Source: a virus (taxonomy: Duplodnaviria; Caudoviricetes). From it: a DNA stretch of 64,000 bases. The notes below the pieces were generated by a model. That model made no database searches and had not been told where the DNA came from. It saw only the letters and a list, made by a program, of their open reading frames with translations. Both the position numbers and the translations under genes were made by a program. The stretch lies in IMG/VR virus record IMGVR_UViG_3300028833_000142, positions 11,927 through 75,926 of that record; one strand, written 5' to 3'. Shown piece by piece: positions 58,528-64,000 of this stretch; the first letter of the stretch is position 1; every line of letters starts with the position of its first letter.

Positions 58528-58848
58528 GACCAATAGCAGACGATTTAAGAGCAGTTTATATAAAATAGGTGTAAATATATCAAAACAAATAGAAAGAGGT
58601 GTAAAATGACTAAACAAGAACTTTTAGATAAACTAATTTTTTTACAACAAGATAAAGATTATGAAGTAGCACATGAATTAGCCGACAATTTATTATTATC
58701 ATTTATTAACGATAAAGATATAACACAGGCATTTCAAAAAATTGAAAGATATTATGCTTAATATTTCTTAACAAAATACTTGACAAAATAAAAAACATTT
58801 GGTACTATAATCATGTTGATAGATAAATTTAAAAGAAAGAGGTAAATT

Positions 58849-59178
58849 ATGACAAAGCAATTAACTAAGGAAACTTTAAAAAGAGGTGATGTTATCGGGT
58901 ATCATTTTGGCTATTCAATGAGTTTGTATGACGCATATCAAGTAGTAGCTATTAAAGGTTCTACAATTCAGATTATACCCGCTAAAAAAGAGATTATACA
59001 AGGTGGTTGGCGACCTATCGTAAAATTTTCCAAAAGAAAAATATGGTTACAAAAAGAGGTAATCACTAAAAGATTTAATAAATATGGACAAATTAAATTA
59101 GGTGGTACAGGTAGATACGGACATACAGCATTTATATGCGAAAAAGATGAAACATTCCAAGAAGACCATTGGGATTAG
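58849..59178 (+). CDS. Early hypothetical protein
   Basis: Cassette RBS. Confidence 0.65.
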   Translation: MTKQLTKETLKRGDVIGYHFGYSMSLYDAYQVVAIKGSTIQIIPAKKEIIQGGWRPIVKFSKRKIWLQKEVITKRFNKYGQIKLGGTGRYGHTAFICEKDETFQEDHWD

Positions 59179-59223
59179 CACATAGAGCCGATTTCGGCTC
59201 TTTTAAAAGAAAGAGGTAAACAA

Positions 59224-59631
59224 ATGAGATACGATATAACTTTTGAAAACTTTATGTCATGGTTAGAAAAACAAATAGAAAAAGCAGAAAACCATAAACA
59301 GGCTTATACACCGCACAATTTAGAACAAATTTATAAAGCAAATAATTTTAATGTATTGTCTGAAATTTATAGTTTGGCAGAATATTACAACCACTACGGA
59401 CAAGACAGTAAAACAAAATTAATTATGATGTTCAACCATGTTAAACAAAAATATATAAATGAAAGCAATTTATTAAAAGTATTACCCAAAGTAAACCAAG
59501 ACTTGCATTGTGGCATTATAGATACCTACCATGCTATATCTGATTATTTATTTTGGTCTAATGATGTACAGGCATATTTATACCAAAACGGTAGATATAG
59601 CGAAACAAAAGAAGAATTATTGATTTCTTAA
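59224..59631 (+). CDS. Early hypothetical protein
   Basis: GAAAGAGGT RBS. Confidence 0.65.
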   Translation: MRYDITFENFMSWLEKQIEKAENHKQAYTPHNLEQIYKANNFNVLSEIYSLAEYYNHYGQDSKTKLIMMFNHVKQKYINESNLLKVLPKVNQDLHCGIIDTYHAISDYLFWSNDVQAYLYQNGRYSETKEELLIS

Positions 59632-59709
59632 CACTTCTTAACAAAGTACTTGACAAAATAAATTTTATATAGTAGTATATACATGTAGTCAAAAAGAAAG
59701 AGGTAAACC

Positions 59710-59916
59710 ATGAAATTAAAAGATAAAGAACATTCTTATTATGTAGTAGACAGTTATGCAAACTATAAACCGCTAACTTTAAGAGGTACAAAACAAGACA
59801 TGGTTGAAACCGCTTGTAAACTGAATGATGAAACATTTGATAAATCAAAAGAATATGATTTATTATCTGATTTCAAAGGCAAAAGATTTTGTGTATTATT
59901 GGCAGATTACAAATAG
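59710..59916 (+). CDS. Early hypothetical protein
   Basis: Cassette RBS. Confidence 0.6.
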   Translation: MKLKDKEHSYYVVDSYANYKPLTLRGTKQDMVETACKLNDETFDKSKEYDLLSDFKGKRFCVLLADYK

Positions 59917-59930
59917 AAAGAGGTAAAATT

Positions 59931-60281
59931 ATGGACATCATGAAAAAAAGCATGCTACTTGACAGAGCAGGAAAAGACTATAGACCTAAAGAAGAAAAAC
60001 CTAGACATATTTTTTTCTTTAAAGGACATTATATTATGATAAGTGAAGATTATAGAGATGTATGGGTACTTACAAGAAAATCTTATTTTTCTACTCATAA
60101 TAATTCTTTAGATGAGTCTTTAATTCAAGGTATGGAAGAAGTCTATAATATAAACAAAAGAAACTATGACAGAGAAATAAAGAAAGAAAACGAAGAAGAA
60201 AAAGAAAATGCTATAAGAGAGCAATTAGAACCTTATATGGAAGTTATTATTAAAGAAATTATGGCAAGTAAAGAAAGTTAA
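59931..60281 (+). CDS. Early hypothetical protein
   Basis: GAAAGAGGT RBS. Confidence 0.6.
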   Translation: MDIMKKSMLLDRAGKDYRPKEEKPRHIFFFKGHYIMISEDYRDVWVLTRKSYFSTHNNSLDESLIQGMEEVYNINKRNYDREIKKENEEEKENAIREQLEPYMEVIIKEIMASKES

Positions 60282-60301
60282 CAAATAGAAAGAGGTAAAC
60301 T

Positions 60302-60544
60302 ATGAAAAATATAGCTTTGATTTTATGTATTTTGATGTTGGGTATGCCGAGTATGGCGCAAACTATAAAAATCCATGTCAACGAACAACCAAATCAACAA
60401 CAAAACCAAGTTATAAAATTAGGTGGTGGATTTACAAACGGCAAAGCATATACTACCGTAAAGATAAACAACAAGCAAATTTTGAGGTTGAACTCTAAAA
60501 AACTGACAAGTGGAATGTTAAGTTTTGTAAATGTTAGATTTTAA
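60302..60544 (+). CDS. Small secreted protein
   Basis: Signal peptide MKNIALILCILMLGMPSMA. Confidence 0.6.
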   Translation: MKNIALILCILMLGMPSMAQTIKIHVNEQPNQQQNQVIKLGGGFTNGKAYTTVKINNKQILRLNSKKLTSGMLSFVNVRF

Positions 60545-60607
60545 CATTTGACTTTTTGAATTTTATGTGTTAGTGTAATCATGTAGTCAAAAAGAAAGAG
60601 GTAAACA

Positions 60608-60823
60608 ATGCGAATAGAAGATTTTAATAATACTGAATGGTATATAGTGTATGAGATTTTTTTAGACGGTAGCAAAAGCATATACGGTATGAATTTAGAC
60701 AAAACACCAATTATGAATAAAAAACAGTTAAGAACTGTAAAATCACATCTTAAAAGAAAAGGTGTAAAATACGAGGTTCAGAGGGTTTCAGTACAATTAC
60801 AAGATATAATAGAAAGAGGTTAA
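60608..60823 (+). CDS. Early hypothetical protein
   Basis: Cassette RBS. Confidence 0.6.
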   Translation: MRIEDFNNTEWYIVYEIFLDGSKSIYGMNLDKTPIMNKKQLRTVKSHLKRKGVKYEVQRVSVQLQDIIERG

Positions 60824-60824
60824 A

Positions 60825-61076
60825 ATGTATATAAACAAAATGATTTTTTTAGAACAGGCAGAAGTAGAAAATTTATTATCAGAAGAAGAACTACAATGCC
60901 TTAAAGAGCGAGAAATAATTGCACATACAGATTATAATACGGTTGAAATAGTTGCAGATGTAGTCAATTATTATATAGGAAATTTTTATATAGTCGAAAC
61001 ACTCCGTAAATGTTTAGGTCAAGAGGTTTTGAAATTGATTTTATCAAACCAAATAGATTTTATAATGTTAGTATAA
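60825..61076 (+). CDS. Early hypothetical protein
   Basis: GAAAGAGGT RBS. Confidence 0.6.
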   Translation: MYINKMIFLEQAEVENLLSEEELQCLKEREIIAHTDYNTVEIVADVVNYYIGNFYIVETLRKCLGQEVLKLILSNQIDFIMLV

Positions 61077-61088
61077 AAGAGGTGTAAA

Positions 61089-61292
61089 ATGTATTTTAAA
61101 AATGATATTTTATTTAGAGATGACAACCAAATTTTGATAGATTTAGAACAGGTTAATAAATATGTAGGCACATCTAAAATTGATGATAAGTTAAGAGAAT
61201 TTATAAAAAAATATCCAAACCTACATTTAGATTTCGGACTCAACACAAACAAATTTTATATAAGCAATAGCAAAGGTGCAAGAGCGATATAG
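61089..61292 (+). CDS. Early hypothetical protein
   Basis: AAGAGGT RBS. Confidence 0.55.
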   Translation: MYFKNDILFRDDNQILIDLEQVNKYVGTSKIDDKLREFIKKYPNLHLDFGLNTNKFYISNSKGARAI

Positions 61293-61634
61293 TAACACTT
61301 CTTAACAATTTGCTTGACAAGATAAAATTTATTTGATAGTATATACATGCGGTCAAAAAGAAAGAGGTAAATCATGACATTAAAATTTATTTAATTAAAC
61401 AAAAAGGAATTAGTAAGTAAATATAAAGATACAATAATAAAAAAGGGCTCTAAAACTTTACAAAAGACAAAAGATTTTGAGATAGTAGGTACAAGAAATA
61501 CGAGAGATAGAAAATGGTTTATAGATGTTTTGGTAGGACAAAATACTACAAAAGAAAGCGTGAATTATAAAAGATTTAGAATAGCACAGGGAAAATATTA
61601 AATTGATTTAGACTTTCTTTTTTTATCTTTTGAC

Positions 61635-61666
61635 AGAGCAAGTTTCGGACTTGCTCTTTTGTTTTT
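61635..61666 (+). terminator. Intrinsic terminator closing the early block
   Basis: AGAGCAAGT-TTCG-GACTTGCTCT plus T-run. Confidence 0.8.
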
Positions 61667-62290
61667 TATATAAAACACAGATTTTAAATTAGGTGTATAT
61701 AAGTTTATATCAAAACAAATTTTAAGACCATTTCTAGGTCAAATTTAAAGAGTTTATACACCAACATATATAAATTATCATATAATATATAAACAGGTCT
61801 TAAATCGGCTGTGAATGACCGCAGATTTAATACAGGTGATAAATATAGGTGGTATATAGGTTTTGTGTGAATTACATGGTTGAAATGCAGTTATAATTTT
61901 TACATGTTCTTTTTCCCGTTTATTTTTGGCAAAAAATTTCTTCCCGATTTTATTTTTGAAAATCAACCATAAATCTATACAAATGCAGGTATATAGGCAT
62001 GTACATATACAAAAAGCATATATAAATCATGCTCATATACAAAAGCATAAAAAAAAGAGCATATCATATATATGCTCTTAGTAAAGGAGTTAGTTTTTAT
62101 GAAAAAAAGTTCGTTTATTGTCAAAGTTGAAAACTAAAAAATAAATTTTTGGTTATATACGCACATGTACATGTCATGGTGTAGCTCGTCATGTACCGTA
62201 GCTCGTCTGTTTTCACTCATTTTGGGAAAAATTTTAGCGTTTTGGGAAAAATTTACCGTTTTTTTTCAAAAAAATAGGTTTTTTCAAAAA

Positions 62291-62392
62291 AAATGTATCT
62301 AAGCGGTATATTTTTTTTAAAAATGTATCTAAGCGGTATATTTTTTTAAAAAATGTATCTAAGCGGTATATTTTTTTTTAAAAATGTATCTA
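62291..62392. repeat. 30-bp tandem direct repeats, 3 copies plus a partial fourth
   Basis: AAATGTATCTAAGCGGTATA-T(7-9) at 62291, 62321 and 62351; partial near 62382. Confidence 0.92.
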
Positions 62393-62666
62393 CCAAAAAA
62401 AATATTTTATTAAGTTTTCAACGTACAAATTTATTACATTAGCACTATAAAAAATTTTTTTATAAAAGTAAAATTGATATATATAAAATTTTTTTATATT
62501 GTCTATAACTCAATCATATTAAGATTTTATAAAAAAATTGATATATATAAAAAAATTTTTTATAAAAAAAATACTTGACATAAAAAAAATGTCATGCTAG
62601 TATTGAGTCATGCCATGAGTGTTAGGCATGGCAAGTGTAGTAAAAAAATATAGGAGGTTAGTTATC

Positions 62667-63446
62667 ATGACTACAAAAAAACAAAATTTTAAAAAAATTA
62701 ATTTCAATCAGGCAAAAAAAATCATGGCGGTATGTAAAGAGCTCATGCAAAAAAATACTTTATATACCGATAATGATTTCAATAAGGCATGGGAGCAATT
62801 CAATATTGAGCAATCAAAAATAAAAAACAATGAATATGTCAAAATGTTAGCAAGTGGGAACCTAAAACTAGGAGCATGCGTTGGAGTGTGGGATTTGCCA
62901 GCTATAATCACATGCAAGGGAGCATGTCCCGGTTGCTATGCATTGAAAGCTGAACGCCTCTATGCTAACACTAAAACGTGTAGACTCCGCCACATGTTAC
63001 ATATATTATACAGCATGTATAATCCTCTATATCAAAAAGCTTTTATAAACAATTTTATAAAAAATTGTAACATGTATAACATAATCAGATTTCATGGGAG
63101 CGGTGATATATTTCATGAAAATTATTTCAAAATTTTATTAAAAATTGTTGAAAATTGCAAAAAAATAAGGTTTTACACTTATTCTAAAATTTTAGACAAT
63201 AGACGGATTGATTATTTCAACCAAAAATATAAAAATTTCAATATAATCAAGTCAATAATTGATATAAATAATAAAAAATTTATTAATTTCGGTGATATTG
63301 ATTATATAAACGACGTAAAAAAAGAATTAAAAAATAACGGCATGCCATGTTATGTTTGCAATTATCAGAATATGGAGCATGGCATGTGCATGGTGACTTG
63401 TAAAAAATGTTTGACATGCCCGCATGTTTTATTTCAAAAGCACTAA
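62667..63446 (+). CDS. GP88-like protein with radical-SAM-type CX3CX2C motif
   Basis: SGNLKL, WDLPAIITCKGACPGCYA, IRFHGSGDIF and FYTYSK; GGAGG RBS; promoter at 62575. Confidence 0.7.
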   Translation: MTTKKQNFKKINFNQAKKIMAVCKELMQKNTLYTDNDFNKAWEQFNIEQSKIKNNEYVKMLASGNLKLGACVGVWDLPAIITCKGACPGCYALKAERLYANTKTCRLRHMLHILYSMYNPLYQKAFINNFIKNCNMYNIIRFHGSGDIFHENYFKILLKIVENCKKIRFYTYSKILDNRRIDYFNQKYKNFNIIKSIIDINNKKFINFGDIDYINDVKKELKNNGMPCYVCNYQNMEHGMCMVTCKKCLTCPHVLFQKH

Positions 63447-63466
63447 TTAAGGGAGGATATAAAAAC

Positions 63467-63646
63467 ATGATATATAATAAATACAATAACGATTATAAAA
63501 AAATACTATTGAATATAGATACAACATGCCATGACTTTATAAAAAAGCAAGCTAACATGCATGATATATCTATCACATTATTAATAAATAAAATATTAAA
63601 ATTATATGTTAAAAATTGTAAAGATAAAATAAAAAACTTGCAATAA
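63467..63646 (+). CDS. Small putative ribbon-helix-helix DNA-binding protein
   Basis: LLNIDTTCHDFIKKQANMHDISITLLINKIL pattern; GGAGG RBS. Confidence 0.5.
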   Translation: MIYNKYNNDYKKILLNIDTTCHDFIKKQANMHDISITLLINKILKLYVKNCKDKIKNLQ

Positions 63647-63706
63647 TTTTAAAGTTTTGATATTATTATTATGGTGTTATATAAAAAAAGTAAAGGAGAA
63701 AAAATT

Positions 63707-63976
63707 ATGGAAACACAATTAAAATTATTTAACATTATTAAAGATTATGAGTCAATTAAAAACATGGGCATGGTCATGTCGGTTAATAGTCAAAGCCGGG
63801 GGATATATGGAGTTGATTATTATATAAAAATTAATAAAGATATTTTAAATCATATAACCATGCATGAATTATCAAACATAATTTTAAATAAATTCATAGG
63901 TGTATACGGCGGGAGTATAAACATTAAACCATGTACAGATTATATATATTGTCATGTTGACTCATGGAGCGATTAA
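63707..63976 (+). CDS. Hypothetical protein
   Basis: Promoter and AAGGAG RBS. Confidence 0.6.
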   Translation: METQLKLFNIIKDYESIKNMGMVMSVNSQSRGIYGVDYYIKINKDILNHITMHELSNIILNKFIGVYGGSINIKPCTDYIYCHVDSWSD

Positions 63977-64000
63977 TAAAAAAAATAAAAAAATTTTAAA

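Larger units (their letters stand above)
49900..61380 (+). repeat. About 15 dispersed early promoter + RBS cassettes
   Basis: -35 boxes at 49924, 50222, 51774, 52562, 53344, 54872, 55445, 55972, 57035, 57527, 58108, 58780, 59650, 60548 and 61314. Consensus TAATATTTCTTAACAAnnnnnTTGACAAAATAAAATTTATTTGGTAGTATATACATGTAGTnAAAAAGAAAGAGGTAAA. Confidence 0.9.

Noticed and set aside
58523-58592. Weak similarity to 61681-61735 (TAGGTGTA..TATATCAAAACAAAT, TTTTAAGACCA)
   Set aside because: Short, AT-rich and permuted; cannot be separated from chance or generic bent-DNA sequence without statistics.
733-63486. Numerous short ORF-track entries antisense to, or out of frame within, long genes (e.g. 733-1116, 11338-11871, 23498-23887, 43329-43817)
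   Set aside because: Shadow ORFs lacking RBS and motifs, overlapping well-supported genes.
1-64000. Stop-codon reassignment (alternative genetic code)
   Set aside because: Long conserved genes are intact under code 11, and TAA, TAG and TGA all terminate genes at sensible positions.
1-64000. Prophage or temperate markers, tRNA genes, rRNA
   Set aside because: No integrase, repressor-antirepressor switch, att-flanked host genes or tRNA cloverleaf seen in this window.

Overview
A strongly AT-rich segment of a large, apparently lytic tailed dsDNA phage (standard genetic code). No integrase, tRNA, rRNA, CRISPR array or reverse transcriptase was seen. Left to right: (i) end of the tail module, with tail-fibre-like genes, a BspA-type LRR adhesin, an HNH protein and a permuted papain-like amidase; (ii) a divergent PD-(D/E)XK exonuclease and a periodic AGGTATA array (candidate origin); (iii) a bacterial-type replication module (thymidine kinase, DnaG, SSB-like protein, DnaB, RuvC-like resolvase, DnaE) with an MT-A70 methylase and a lytic transglycosylase; (iv) structured ncRNA candidates, a sigma factor and an intein-containing anaerobic RNR operon; (v) a radical SAM gene followed by four proteins sharing the N-terminus MKxRxGFVSNSSSSSF; (vi) MoxR-type AAA+/vWA-like pair, dUTPase, Dam-family methylase, phosphoesterases, possible small terminase and a ~500 nt ncRNA candidate; (vii) a 12 kb early-gene block driven by about 15 near-identical promoter/RBS cassettes; (viii) a repeat-rich non-coding junction followed by genes whose DNA is about 7-fold enriched in CATG. 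The host may be a gut Melainabacteria (Gastranaerophilales) lineage, which is an inference. The best candidates for new biology are the radical SAM/SNSSSSS cluster, the CATG-saturated segment with the flanking boundary motifs, and the boxA-led ncRNA units. All counts and family assignments were made by eye, without searches.
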